The position numbers and the translations under genes were made by a program. DNA of 63,708 nt, the filler included, from Collodictyon triciliatum (Eukaryota), in the NCBI GenBank assembly GCA_043381765.1. It is 22 parts of 22 records of this genome, joined end to end, with 100 filler letters (N's around TTAATTAATTAA, not from the genome) between each part and the next. Parts side by side here need not be neighbours in the genome. Positions count along the whole stretch, not along the records: positions 36,820 to 39,578 come from JBHJMP010008340.1; positions 39,679 to 42,437 come from JBHJMP010008341.1; positions 42,538 to 45,295 come from JBHJMP010008342.1; positions 45,396 to 48,152 come from JBHJMP010008343.1; positions 48,253 to 51,007 come from JBHJMP010008344.1; positions 51,108 to 53,864 come from JBHJMP010008345.1; positions 53,965 to 56,716 come from JBHJMP010008346.1; 15 more parts are not named here. One strand, 5' to 3'. This document shows positions 37,251 through 54,122 of the stretch, one piece after another. The notes beneath the pieces are model-generated. The model was not told the origin of the DNA and made no database searches. It was given only the letters and a program-made list of their open reading frames with translations. Within the stretch, counting starts at the first letter, position 1. Every line of letters begins with the position of its first letter.

Positions 37251-38169
37251 AGAGAACACCTCACGTCATATCCAACCACTGTTACCCCCGCAACCAATCA
37301 ACCAGCAGGGTCGCCCGCCTGATCAACTCGCTATCACTGGTTTTTTTCCAGTGCTTTTTTTTTTATTCTTCCTTTCAATTTTGTGCAAGGTTTTTTCCAG
37401 TGCTATCTTTTTCGCAGTAGTATCTTCTACTCGTGTTTGCTCTCTATCATGCGCACCTATCTCTCCCTTTTGTATGACATAACCTCGCTGCACTTTGAAT
37501 CGAATAAAGGAAAAAAAAAAAAGAGAGAACACTTCACTAAAAACATGAGAAGCCAACACATCTAAATAGCACTGTATCAAAGGTTTGTGGCAGTAGATAC
37601 AAATCCCCAATAATTTGTCTTCGCTCGCGCGTTTCGTTACGTGCCAGAGGGCATAGAAGGAAAAGTCCCCCTGTGATATTATGTATTTATATATGAATAT
37701 TGCGTGTGACCTAACCTAACGGAAAGTCGCCCTGGCTACTCGACAGCGATTCTGTTGATAGTTTTGCTCGGTTGTCAGTTTTCTGTGCGAAGGAAATTGA
37801 GTAGCCCTCTTTGTGCGTTCTGGCAGTACCCAAAAGAATACCAAAACAGCCCATTTTTATCGAAGAAACATACGCACTGGCCGTTGAATATCCAAATATA
37901 GGAAAAGTTTCGTAAAGTGAGACAAAAATTCTCCATTTAAAAGCCATGGCGTATTTTTTTACTCTCCCTTCTCCCTTTCTCCCTGAGTGACAAAAGTCAA
38001 CGTGTGCACACAACGCAAAAGCGACATAATTTGCAAACGACACGTCGCCCCCCAAACAAACCCAAACAAACCCAAACAAACCCAAACAAACCCAAACAAA
38101 CCCAACGTCCTGATTGGCCAATTACCGAAACACTTCAGAGTAAAGGAGTAAACATTACGACACACAAGA

Positions 38170-39578
38170 ATGCAAGGAGTACGGGCAGGAGGAGACACAG
38201 AGGGCCCGGCTGTGGGTGTCTATGGCAAAGAGCAGCGAGAACTCAAGGAAGAGCGAGACCTGATGCGCATGTCGCTTTCCAGCTCTATCACTGGCGGGTT
38301 GGACATCGCCGACCTGTCCTCTGTCTGGAACAGAAATAGTGCAGCCGGAAGCGATGCTCTGATATCTGATGAAATTAGGGAGAAGTACAAGATGGACAAG
38401 TGGCTCTGCTTCGTGGTTTGATATTCCTACATTTTTCTTATAGTCCACAAAGTTTGAGGACAGTCATTTTCTTGCTTTTTTTTTTTTCGAGCATTTGGTT
38501 GCTCAAACCACCATCGACTCTTAGTAAACAAATATTTCTGTGCGACAAGATGGAATTTGTTCTCTTTGAAGTATCACCCATTTATCCGAATTCATGTGGG
38601 ACATGTGTTTCAATTCAACGCATTATTTGTATATGGAAGTGTACACTGACTCTTAGAGATGTAGAACGAAGAGGTGGAAGAGGACTTCTTTGAAAAGTAC
38701 TTCTACAACTCCATCAGGACACATCGTGCCTTCTGCCTGATTGTGCCGTCCATCTATTGCCTCTTTATCCTATTGTCCTTCTTTGGATATGACTTACCTG
38801 TCCTTATCCTACATTTCATTCTCGGTGGCGGTACACTGGGAGTGTATTTCTACCTCAAGACCAAGTAATATCTTTTATATCCGCCTAGTCATCCATCCAG
38901 CTATCACTACTCTTATGAAATATTCCACTTTTATCTTATCTTTATAGTTTTAATTGGTTGCTACAGCTAGATGCTACTCATGAATATGCTTAGTTAATGA
39001 TTAACTCAATGTCTAAAATATGGTGTGTTGAATATTTGCCTAATCCTGCAGGAATGCCAGAGACTACCAAGTCCACCTAGTATGTGGTCTTGTCTTCTAC
39101 CATGCGATTGGGGTTGGGCTAGAAAGGATTTTTAGTTCTAATAAGATTGCCTCGGAGTATTTGCAACTAAATGACGGACGTTCCTTCGCCGTCTTCTACA
39201 TATTCGTGCTCTACAGTGGGATGATGTCTTTGCGCATCACCGTCAAAGTAAGGAATTATAAATGTATTTCATTTCAGTGTCTTCATCTCCTTTATTCGGA
39301 ATATGGCGTAGGTAAATCATTTCTCCCTTCGTCATTTAATGAATGTATTTGCTGGTGCCGAGAATCAAGAAAACAAACAGCAAACTGATTGATGGCCATA
39401 ATATTTAGATTATCGCAAAGATATGGGTCGGGGTCATGATTAACTACTATATCATCATTTCCTTGCTGCCACTAATTGAACCCGAGCAGTATTTGGATGG
39501 GAGCTTCTTTGTTGTTGCAGTGAGTATCTCGTTGGGAGTGGCTGCTTACTCTACCGAGCTTGGAAACCGAAACCAAGA
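38170..39578 (+). CDS. Multi-pass membrane protein N-terminus resembling the 6-TM region of membrane adenylyl/guanylyl cyclases
   Basis: WLCF..EVEEDFFEKYF, several TM exons, and AAYSTELGNR at the contig end; catalytic domain not in the window. Confidence 0.45.
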
Positions 39579-39922
39579 NNNNNNNNNNNNNNNNNNNNNN
39601 NNNNNNNNNNNNNNNNNNNNNNTTAATTAATTAANNNNNNNNNNNNNNNNNNNNNNNNNNNNNNNNNNNNNNNNNNNNTTTTTCATTCATATGTTAGTCT
39701 TTGTGTATTTGTGTTTGTGCTTCTATTTGGGGGATGGATGTGTACACTCCCAAGGCCCCCTCACACTGCGGGTGCTTCTCACCAGAGGGGAAAATGAGGC
39801 TGTCCGAGTTCTGTCAGAGCCCGATGACTCCCATGTGTGGAGTTGGGTGTCTGGTGCGGTGCGTGCTATTCCCTCCAACCTCACTCAGAGTCTCATTGGC
39901 GTTGTGTTACGTGCGTGCATGC

Positions 39923-39962
<40 letters not shown>

Positions 39963-40768
39963 GCTGCTTGGTTTGTTTCAGCCCCTCTCATCAGCAGAAC
40001 TGACGCAATCTTGTATTTTCTCCAGTACCAAATTGATTTCCTCTTGTAGCGCTGTTTTGTATACTTCTTAATATATTGTGTGAGACTGAGTCCGGGAAAA
40101 ATATATGTTATATATATGGAGGGTTTTCGGATGCTGGAAATTACCCAATTAGCCCAAATATTCTGAAGATTCAATCAATGCATACAGTAGTGGATGGTGT
40201 TTTGTACAATGTTTTTGGTTTTCCATTGTCTTGCCTAAAGTCCCGGGACATTAGATGAAATCCTCCCCCTTTGTACTATTTCTCTCCATTTCAAATTTCT
40301 ATTCATTTTTCATTGAATGTTTTATGCTGTGGTTTTGCTTCTGAACCAAGAATCTTGGTTTTGCAGTGACGTCATTCTCTGTCGTCCACATTTGACAGAG
40401 GGGGAAGTCAAGGGGCGAGGAAATGTAATTAAGACAACCGGCGCACTAGAGCCATATCTCGCTTCACAAATACAATCAATCCTTCATTCTGAATACTAAT
40501 TCGTTATAGTATTTTTTATTCACATTCTCTATTTCCGCACAAATAAATTACCATAAATAATGGAAATTAAGAGCAAAAGATACTATTTTCCATTTTAAGA
40601 AATAATACCCCGGTTCTCTCTTGTTCCGCGAGCCCTGAGTAAATTTTTTTTTTTGTTTGTTTGTTTTTGTTAATGATTTTTGTTGTCAACATGGCACTTT
40701 CGAAAAGTTGAAACAACTTTCATTGGAACAGTCCCCCCCCCTTTGCTGTTTGGTATATTTTATTTATC

Positions 40769-42330
40769 TCATGCTTCCTCTTCCTTGTTCAGGGTCTCGA
40801 CCTCGAACAACGTAATTTGAAAGAAAATGTATTTGCCTTCATGGGCATGCAAAATGAAACGTGAGAGGACAGCGAGAAAGTGTGGAAAAGCAGGGGGATT
40901 ATTCGGAACCAGCTGCATAAATTCATTCATTTTTGCCACGAACCCATTCAGCGCGGTCCACGTATATGGAATAGCGGGATGACGATTCCAATATTTTCTG
41001 TATGGCATTAGTATGTCATCAAAAAAGAAAAGAAAAGAAAAAAAGAAAAGAAAAGAAAAAAAAGAAAAAAAGAAAAGAAAAAAAGAAAAGAAAAAAAGAA
41101 AAAAAAGAAAAAAAAGAATGAAAAAAAGAAAGAAAAAAAGAAAGAAAAAAGAAAGAAAAAAAAGAATGAAAAAATGAAAGAAAAATGAAAGAAAATGAAA
41201 GAAAATGAAAGAAAAAAAGAAAGAAAAAGAAAAGAAAAAAGAAATATAGAAAAAGAGAAAAAGAGAAAAAGAGAAAAAGAGAAAAAGAGAAAAAGAGAAA
41301 AAAAGGAAAAAAGAAAAGAAAAAGAACTCACCTTTCTCTTTTCAATCTGGGCACTTTCTTGAGCTCGCTTGGTGTCCGTCTTGGAGCCGAGTTTAGAGTT
41401 GTACTTTGCCAATTGGATGGCGTTATTGACTTCTTCAGGAACCTGTAGACAAATTTATTATCGAATAAAGTTTAATTTCTTTCTTTAAAGCGAGTCCAAG
41501 GCTCTATATCTGATTGTTCTGACTTTGAATTGAATAAAGAGGAAAAGAAAAAAAGGTTTGTCATTTCACAATCCAACAACCAATATGAAGTTGTGAAAAA
41601 AAGAAAGAAAAACACTTACGTCGGGAATCACAGCTTGTATGAGGAATTTCACCGAGAAAAGGATGTGCTATCCAAGATGATGAATGGGGATAGTAAGTAT
41701 ACATTAATTTATGTCGCTTTGTCTAGTACCCATTAGACAATGAGTATACTAATATAAGACTCGTTAATGAATTACTTCGGCAATCACAGCAACCCACAGG
41801 TGCGAAAGAGTACTCTCAGCATTAGCCTCGTTTGCCAAGAATTCAGATGTAAATGCTAATGGAAGATGTATTTATTAGTCTTTTTTTTTTTTATCTATAA
41901 TAATAATAACAATAATAAATATAACTGACACAAAAGACAGGCGTTTGTAATGACGGCAATGACGGAGATAATTTCCAGAATATAATAATATGTTCCGATA
42001 TCCTCAGCAGCCCGATAGTGAGGACGCTTAAATGTTGTGCACATCTTAAACGCATCCAGACGAACTAAAGAGAGGGAGAGGGAGAGGGAGAGGGAGAGGG
42101 AGAGAAAAATCGTTGTTATCACAGATGGAATAATTCGAAGTGAATCGGCTTTACATCGTTTCTTATGACGTTAAAAGCTTGAGAAATACCGGGTTCAATT
42201 CCACAAATGGTCAAACTATGCTTCATTCGAAACTCAAATAACTTACTCTCAATAATATTATTCACTAACGCGAGAAGTGATGCGAGAGGGAACGAGGCAG
42301 CAAATAGTGTGACATACCCATACTGAATAA
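40769..42330 (-). CDS. Anoctamin/TMEM16 family channel-scramblase, 3' exons
   Basis: IQYGYVTLFAASFPLA..NNIIE, RLDAFK..KRP..AEDIG..ISVIAVITNA, IPD|VP. Confidence 0.92.
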
Positions 42331-42346
42331 CTGTGAAATTTAAATG

Positions 42347-42426
<80 letters not shown>

Positions 42427-43366
42427 AAGAAAAATCANNNNNNNNNNNNNNNNNNNNNNNNNNNNNNNNNNNNNNNNNNNNTTAATTAATTAANNNNNNN
42501 NNNNNNNNNNNNNNNNNNNNNNNNNNNNNNNNNNNNNATGAACGAAAATATGAATATTGATGTCCATCTGAATTATTATCATTTTTGTGACTGGTTTTCA
42601 TGAAGTTGTTTTGATGATATATGCAGATAAATGAATAGTTTAATAACTAAGAATCAAAAGAGTCGAAGAGTAAAATCATATGAGAAAAGGAATGAGTGAT
42701 AGTGATGGGATTATAATAATAAAATTTTCTTAAAATAGTGCTAGTTTTCTCATGTAATCATATATAAAAATATTTTATTTTACCGTTGTTATGGTATGGA
42801 TAAATTATATTCATGCACAAGGAAATAATTGTGTTCTCTGCCGGAATGAACGTTGATATTCGAAAGAATACTCTCAGTGTTGATGAGGTAGGGACTCATT
42901 TGATTAAATATTTTGACAATATTCTATAAGCATCTTATTACAAACCATGGACGAATTGACACGCTATTGCTCAGGTCTCTCCAAGCTGGACCTCCCATCA
43001 GCCGGACCACCCCACAGCTGGAAAAAATGACGCCACGAATGGATCTATTGATACATCTGATTTCCTCAGGCTGATTAAGCATCTCTTTGATGCTTGTTCT
43101 GGTGCTTATAAACCACATAGGTTTTCCCTATCTCTTAAACAATTGATAAAAATTTTTTAATATTAGTATTTAATTTATTAATAAAATGTGTGGGGAATTA
43201 ATTTATAATCTCATTTAACAAACAGCCCTTATCTTGACGAAGAAAAATGTGATGGAATACATCAAGTGGATTCCAGAATTCGATGTGAGTCTTTATTTAT
43301 GTCACTTGTTGATACATATTAATGTAATGTTCGTAAAACTATGTCTATCCCAATTAAAGAACTGTT

Positions 43367-45295
43367 TTGATGATAGACGTTTGTGAATGGAGCGGTCAAA
43401 CTGCGGTTGAGTCAACGCCACTGGATAACCTTGGGAGTGCGATGCGCTCCGAACTCGTTGTTCCTCCAAACATCGATCCAAATATTCTGGATGACGAAAA
43501 TTGCCTCAGTGAATCTGTCGGTCATACAGTTCGCAGTGATGGAGTTTATGAGCTGTGCACCAATCTCAGAGGAGGAGGAAATGCTTCGTCACGAATGGCA
43601 CGCTCCAATGCAAGTGCCCCATCACGAACACCCAGCGCCCAACCCGATTTATCAGTCGACGTTCTCGAAGTTCTGTCCAAACTCAACGAGGCTTATCAAT
43701 CAAATTCAGGAAACTCTAATCTTGGTCAAAACCTTTCAAATATTTCCCTGCAATTGACTCAGGTGCTCGCGTCTCAGTTATTAATGAGCCCTACCAAGGA
43801 AGAGGATATCAAACTCGTTGAACGCCTTGTTGCGCTTCATATTTCTTTAGTTGAGAAACAAGCAGCCGTTCAGACTCAGAGCCAACGAGAACAAGCAGCC
43901 ATTCAGACTCAGAGCCAACGAGACCAAGCAGAAATTGCTGAGAAACAGGCAGCCATTCAGACTCAGAGCCAACGAGACCAAGCAGAAATTGCTGAGAAAC
44001 AAGCAGCCATTCAGACTCAGAGCCAACGAGACCAAGCAGAAATTGCTGAGAAACAGGCAGCCATCCAGACTCAGAGCCAACTAGAACAAAATGAGTCAAA
44101 GCAAAGGTTGGTTCAGAACCTTATCGACCAGGTCTCACGACTGCCAGCATCTGAGCAAACATCGCAAGTGATCGATTCATTGGTGCGCGCTATTTCGCCA
44201 CAAGGAGCATATTCGAGCTCTGGTCAAGCAAATGCAGTCGTATTCTCACCTACGCTGCAATCTTATGATAACGTTGCTGTCAATACAAGTCAACAATCCA
44301 GCGTTAATATTACTCCCACTACTCAATCGATTCCAACAAAGACTGTTGCAGTTCAACCAAAACCTCATAATGTTTCGCAATACTCACCTCAGCAAGGAGC
44401 AACGCCGACAACACCAGCATCAAATCAGTTCGGAGCAAACCAACCGACAGGACAGGCTGGTAGTAGTGCGACAGAGAGTCCACAAAGTGATAGTAACACA
44501 AATACGCAGGCAAATGCAGGACCGAGTAACGCAACAAATTCTACACAAAGTGCTGGTAATACAAATCCACAAGCAAATGCTGGAACGATTAGTCCAACAA
44601 ATGTTTCAGGAGAAACTCATGCGAATGCCTCCGAGCTTGCAAAAGCCATATCTGAGCAACGAGACCAACAATCTGGAAATAATGCCGATAAAAAAAGAGC
44701 TCTTCGCATAATCAAGCTATTCATGAAGGAACAAACTGCTTGGGATGAGAGCTTGGATGAACTCACTGCACTGGCCCCGGCAGGAGACAAACTCATTTCG
44801 GAGAAGCTGATAACCGCTATTGGCAGAATGATAGACGAAAAAATGGAAAAGCCGGACCGCCTGCTAAACGCCTTGAATATCGTTGTGGGGAACACACTGA
44901 AGGAAGATTTCGACCACACGTTGCTTGCTCAAGTCCTAGATATTCTGATAGACCGTGTCGGAACTCTCTTTGCTTCGGACGAGGCTTTATGTCAGAGGAT
45001 ATTGGACAGTCTGATTTGCATTCTGAATTCGCTCTATGTTTCTGGAGCATCAGGAATTCCTGAAGAAAAATACAAATCATACAAGGAAACATTTGGACAG
45101 AGCTGGATCGATAAGAAAATTGAGACTCGTGGGGAAGAAACCGAGAGTAAGATGCAGATTCAATATGTTCAGGCCAAGAAATCCTTGTTTTGTGAGCTAC
45201 TGAAGCATATTGGCGATGGCCAGAGTCCAGTCGTGAAGAATCTGAAAATTGCTGGTAGAGTTGGACTCGGTCTGTTCAACGCTGCATCTGCTGCT
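43367..45295 (+). CDS. Large exon: LRGG|GNASS motif, Q-rich 18-aa repeats, low-complexity linker and ARM-like helical domain; 3' truncated
   Basis: Open for about 640 codons; true start probably in upstream exons; repeats EKQAAIQTQSQRDQAEIA at about 43853-44080. Confidence 0.7.
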
Positions 45296-45439
45296 NNNNN
45301 NNNNNNNNNNNNNNNNNNNNNNNNNNNNNNNNNNNNNNNTTAATTAATTAANNNNNNNNNNNNNNNNNNNNNNNNNNNNNNNNNNNNNNNNNNNNAAAAA
45401 AGTGGGGAGGAAACAAAAAAAAAAAAAAAAAAAAAAAAC

Positions 45440-47404
45440 TGACGCTGGCATATTTTGTTCTTAGCCAAGGAAAAAAGAGAAGGAATTGCGAAAACAAGGC
45501 CATCGTCGAAGCGGACTCGATAGATTTTGAAGATTTACAAAACATCCCAAAAAAGACGAATCCCGCATAAACGGAAATGACCTGGTTAAAAACGCTATCG
45601 CTTTCAGAATACGTTATACTATTTGATGACTACAGGCTCATTAATAATAATTCTTGAATGCTTTCATATGTCAAAAATAGAGAAAAGGCGAGAAAAGGCG
45701 AGAAAAGTGTTGTTAGAAAGGCTGAAAATAGCACAAGTCACAAAAAAATATTAAGAAAAATTACTAATGAAAAGGTGACTTGTTGGTTTCTTTTCTAAAA
45801 TATTCTTTTGGTAACTTACGAACATGCCTAGGGCGATTTCATATTTTTCGATCAGGTGGTTCTTTGTTACCAAAAACAGGAACAAGAGAGAAGGTAGTAG
45901 TACGAAAAATCCAGTAATTGTTGATAATGCAAATGGAAAAGGCTCCTCTAAAATGAATGACCGGAATGTAATAATTCGAATGAACACTGCTATTACATTT
46001 GGCCATAGAAATGGTAACATAATCACATTTGCTGAATATATGTTTACCATTATTCAAAAAGAAGCTGCTGATAAAGATGCACACCGCGAGTACACAGATA
46101 ACTTTTGAGAGGCTATAAAATGCATTCAAATAATTTTTCATAAGATTTTTTATAAAACTCATGGATGAATTCATGTATGTATTACATTTTCGATGTGAAC
46201 TTTCAATTCGATTTTAGTGGAAAGCATTACATTTGAATAGATTTGAGATAATGGCCGAATCTTAATTCTGTTGACATGATTTTAATTGATACAGAAACAT
46301 CAACAGCTCTTGAATTTTCTCTTGCAGTATCATCTCTATCCGATAGATATTTTCAAAAATATATTTCATGAAAAATCATAAACAAAATTCTACTGTTTTA
46401 ATATGACGATAAAATATACCTTTGGTTCGGTGAAGAATCAGGAGATGTAGTAACTTTAAGTTTTGTATCGATCTCAGCTGAGGAATTTATAATAGGTTGG
46501 GGTATTTCTGTTGATACTGCCTGATGCCTCTGTGCTGAATCACGGTATATATTGAGAGGTATTTCAGGGGGGCCGATTTTTGAAAATTGTGCATCTCCTT
46601 TGGATGGCTTATCGAGAGATGCAACTTGGTTCCTAATCAAATTAATAGAGAGAATTATCATATATTCTAATTAAATGAAAATGAAAAAAACAAACATATA
46701 CAGCATGAAACAAAGACGAAACATATATGATACCTCATTGGGTTCAGGGGACGCGGGAGTGGAATACTCATAGACTTTTGTTGGTCTGCAGTCATCCTAT
46801 ACGATATTGTTTAAATGATAATTAAAGCCTAAATTTATCTTTGGCATTCAGTGATCATCTTTAAAGCAAATGCACACCTTTGGAAAGATTGTGCATACCC
46901 GAATTGAGTCCGTTTTGGAGCCAAATCCATGGTATCAGAGACCGTACTAATATATCATTGATAGATAAATCAAATCCTTCATATGAGCATAGAAATATTA
47001 TAGATTAGTAAGCATAATTGAGTACATATGTCTCATTTTAATGCAATGATATGCTAATCAATATCTTTACTTTGTTAAAAAAATACAATCAAATAAAAAA
47101 TAAAATAGTTTTTGTGAAGTCATAAAAACGATACTCCCTTTCATGCTTATAGAACGAACATCACATTGATATGATTTGGATATGCTTAAACTGAGTAAAA
47201 ATCCGAAGAAAAGAAAAAGAAGATATCATTTGCAATGCTTTCCATTTTATCACGACTGGTACTTGTGCGTACTTACAAAGAATTGACATTTATATTATCA
47301 GACGAATTCTCGATAATGTCAATCCGGGGAATGGAAAACTGAGTCCTGATAGCGTTTGGCCTGGGCGAGGGTTGCGGGTTTGGATCGACACGCAGACCTT
47401 CCAT
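45440..47404 (-). CDS. Multi-exon membrane protein, 5' part, function unknown
   Basis: First exon MEGLRVDPNPQPSPRP.. with a GTAAGT donor; later hydrophobic exons (FALSTITGFFVLLPSLLFLFLV; VISVYAGFVFFGMF). Confidence 0.45.
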
Positions 47405-48057
47405 GGACTAAACTTGTTTGGGGGTGGCAAAGCCTCTGTCCTGACTCAAGCCCGCGAAGCCAAAGTTATTAGTTTTGAAAGAGGCTACACTTATTCTAAT
47501 TTTTAACACAATATAAGAGAAGAACGGTTCCAGGAATTAAGGATAAAGAAGAGGATAAAGAAGAGGATAAAGAAGAGGATAAAGAAGAGGATAAAGAAGA
47601 GGATAAAGAAGAGGATAAAGAAGAGGATAAAGAAGAGTGGCATGCATGTTCATTCACGATAAATCAAAAGAATATGAGGCGTGCTTTGTCCTGCGGTAAA
47701 CGAGCGTGGCTCCAACACCAAAAGGCAGGCACATCATAGAGCGAGTACACGAAAGAGGAGTCAGTTTGGGGGTGAGAGGGCAACGAAACAGAATTATACT
47801 TACAAATCCGGAATATATTATATTTTAATTAATTTAATATAATGATAATTTATTCTTTAGACAACATGTAGAAAAATTGCATGTCGTATAAATAATATGA
47901 TTTATTAAGATCACTAAACATTTCAAAATACAGTGGACAGTTTAATGTAAATATTCACCGAGCTGGGCGTTATAGCGTTGCTACGTAGCGAGGCGCTTCA
48001 TAGGGAGGGAGCGTTGTTTTTGCCCATACGTTCATTCTTTTTTTGTGCTGGCCTTGC

Positions 48058-48152
<95 letters not shown>

Positions 48153-48416
48153 NNNNNNNNNNNNNNNNNNNNNNNNNNNNNNNNNNNNNNNNNNNNTTAA
48201 TTAATTAANNNNNNNNNNNNNNNNNNNNNNNNNNNNNNNNNNNNNNNNNNNNAAATAAAAATAAAAATAAAAATAAAAATAAAAATAAAAATAAAAATAA
48301 AAATAAAAATAAAAATAAAAATAAAAATAAAAATAAAAATAAAAATAAAAATAAAAGTAAAAATAAAAGTAAAAATATACCCACTACTTAATAACCTGCG
48401 CGTAATAAGTATTTCA

Positions 48417-50845
<2,429 letters not shown>

Positions 50846-50882
50846 TATAAGCATTTCTTGTATTTTTTAACAAATCAAACAC

Positions 50883-51007
<125 letters not shown>

Positions 51008-51663
51008 NNNNNNNNNNNNNNNNNNNNNNNNNNNNNNNNNNNNNNNNNNNNTTAATTAATTAANNNNNNNNNNNNNNNNNNNNNNNNNNNNNNNNNNNNN
51101 NNNNNNNTTATGGTCTCAAGTATGTACAGCCGAGATCATTCAAATACTTTCGTTACGAATCATTTTGCAAGAGCAGAAAAAAAGTCCCTGTGATAAAAAA
51201 AAACCCCCCTCCAAACCCACCTGGCCACGTATCGAAGATAAGCGATCTGCGTGCGAACCAGTCGCAGTTGGGCGATACAATCCTTTGTTCTATTAAGAAA
51301 GCAATATATTAATGAAAGTTGTTTTCGGAAAAAGAAACCCGATCCATTAGGATACGCAGAGGACTCCCAAGAAAACACATCGGCTCAGAAAAGCGGCGCT
51401 CACCCATACGCTTCCAGCCAACCTGATCATCAATCCGTTCGCGCGATGGCTTGTTTGATTCGGAGAAGGAACAGAGCAGACATACACAAAAGCGGAATAT
51501 AATGATATAAACATCATACTCTCCTATTTAACCACTTTTAATTATATTTACTAATGAAATTAATATTGATAATAATATGTGTATTATACATTATTAATTG
51601 TTCCAATAAACATCATATTTTCTGTAACAAAAGTTAAGCTGCATCCAAATTAGAACGATTATA

Positions 51664-53864
51664 ATGAAATTTCAGAGAATTATTGCAGAATTGGTAAAAA
51701 GAAAGGAAAGCAAGACTCTTGTGCAACGCTTTTTTTTTTCCACAGAAGCCAAAAAACCCGCCGACAACAAACACACAAAAATCAACGGAACTCCAGCGCA
51801 GAAGGCAGCAACGAGAAGAGTCGGCTGCTTCTGTGGCAAGTGCAGAGGCACGAAAAGGTGCAAATCACAAACACCAAGAACTCATTTTTCCCCTTTAGAT
51901 CAGAACACTGAAGAATACCGTGTGACTCGAGAGAACATGTTTCAATATGATGATGATCCGAGAATACAAGTGGTTAGGGCCAGTCTTTTTCTCTTTTTTC
52001 TCTATTTTCTCCTACCTTCTACCTTCAGTCTTTTTCTCTTTTTTCTCTTTTTTCTCCTACCTTCTACCTTCTGTCTTTTTGTCTTTTGCTTTTTTTCTCT
52101 TTTTTTCTCTTTTTTCTCTTTTTTCCCTTTTTTCACTTATTCACTTTTTCACTTTTTTCTCTATTTTCTCCTACCTTCTACCTTCTGTCTTTTTGTCTTT
52201 TGCTTTTTTTCTCTCTTTTTCTCTATTTTTCTTTTTTCTCTTTTTCTCTTTTTCTCTTTTTCTCTTTTTCTCTTTTTTCACTTTTCCTGTCTTTTGCTTT
52301 TTTGCTTTTTTGCTTTTTTTGTCTTTTTTTCTCTTTCACTCTTCTTTCTCCCTTTTCTTTTACCATTATTCTCCTAAAACTCACTGCCACTATCTAAGCC
52401 CTTTCGCCTGACCATCTTTTATTTTATTCTCTGTGTCAAAGCCGACCGCCCGAACGAAGGAAGAGCAAGTGCTGTACGACTTTGTGTCCATACAAGCACC
52501 TCACTTCGGATACGACGGAGGAGAATACCCAGGCGACATTATCAATTGCACTAATCTCGGTATCCCGGACAGTGATATTACCCAATTGCCCGATACCCTA
52601 TCGTTTCTAACAAACTTGAGAGAAGTCTCGCTAGAATATAACACCCTTACGTGCATACCTGAGGGCTTTTTCCATGCGACCAAATTGACATATTTATGCT
52701 TTTCTGCCAATCCCTGCATCATGATACCCACAGGGATATCATCCCTCTCTTCTCTCGAGGTACTGGATATTAGCGGCTGTAGCTTGACCTCACTTCCAGA
52801 CGAGTTTTTTGCACTGAATATGCTGAGACAGTTACGTATTGATGGGAATCCAATTAGAACTCTTCCTGATTCCATTACTCGTTTGTCCAAACTGACGCAG
52901 CTTAACATTTCGGAAACTGATGTACGTAATATCCACTCATTTTACTGCAGCTTTCTTCACATCTTGCTCCGTTTATTATCCTCCTCTCATTTCGGAACTG
53001 TCTCCATAAATATTAAGTGATAATGAGTGATTATATAAATATAAATAAATTAATAAATGATAAAATTTAAATGTCATTTCATCAGATTGATGTACTGCCA
53101 CGAAATTTTTCGAGATTACAAAGGCTCCAGAGTTTCGTATGGATGTATTATGCATATCCTAGGTCCACGTATAGGCGAGCCCACACCAGCGTTCAAACGA
53201 TGACTTTCTTCAAAAACAGGAACCGGAATCTAAGAGCAAAGCCGGGTGTGATACAAAACAATCTTGACGATGTTCAATTTTATGAAATCATTCGTCCCTA
53301 CGAGCATATTAAGAGTCTGACAAGTGAAGTGTTGGAATGGATGAACACAGAGTCTATCGACTTATCTCACAACAAAGTAATCCTTTTATGTCTTGTTTTA
53401 GCTACTTTGAATCGAATAAAGGAAAAAAAAATGTCTTGTTTTAGCTTATTCACCACAATTTTCGTATTATGTTTTCCGTTTTACTATTTTGGCTGTTCTA
53501 GTAAAAAAAAAAATAATAGTTTCGCCTAGTATGTTACACTTCTTTAAGCTTCTTCTTTTCTTTCTAGTCAAGAAACCAAACTTTATCACTAATTAGCTGT
53601 CGACTTTGCCTGACTCCTTTTCGATGCTGACTGCCTTGAGAAAGTTATGCTTGCACGCAAACCAGGTTAGTGAGAATGACCCCAGTACTGAATCGTTATG
53701 TAATTACATTATTATCACCAACCAGAAGGGCTATTTCGCTTGCATTAAGATGCATTTATGTGTCGTGAGGATATATCTGGTTTTTAATAATGAAAACTGC
53801 ATCAACAGTTTGAGGATTTTCCCATGGTGGTTTTGCAGTTAAAAACGCTTGAGTGTCTGGACAT
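51664..53864 (+). CDS. Leucine-rich-repeat protein, 5' part
   Basis: Repeated LxxLxLxxNxLxxLP units at 52550-52921 and in later exons. Confidence 0.8.
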
Positions 53865-54122
53865 NNNNNNNNNNNNNNNNNNNNNNNNNNNNNNNNNNNN
53901 NNNNNNNNTTAATTAATTAANNNNNNNNNNNNNNNNNNNNNNNNNNNNNNNNNNNNNNNNNNNNAACAAACAACAAACAACAAACAACAAACAACAAACA
54001 ACAAACAACAAACAACAAACAACAAACAACAAACAACAAACAACAAACAACAAACAACAAACACTTAAAAACGAAAAGAAGCCGCGAAGTGCAGCAACTG
54101 AACGAAACAAGCCTTTGCAAGA

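Noticed and set aside
41008-41412. Phe/Leu/Lys-rich ORFs here and at 11115, 13051, 30804, 50093 and 51947
   Set aside because: Translations of intronic simple repeats.
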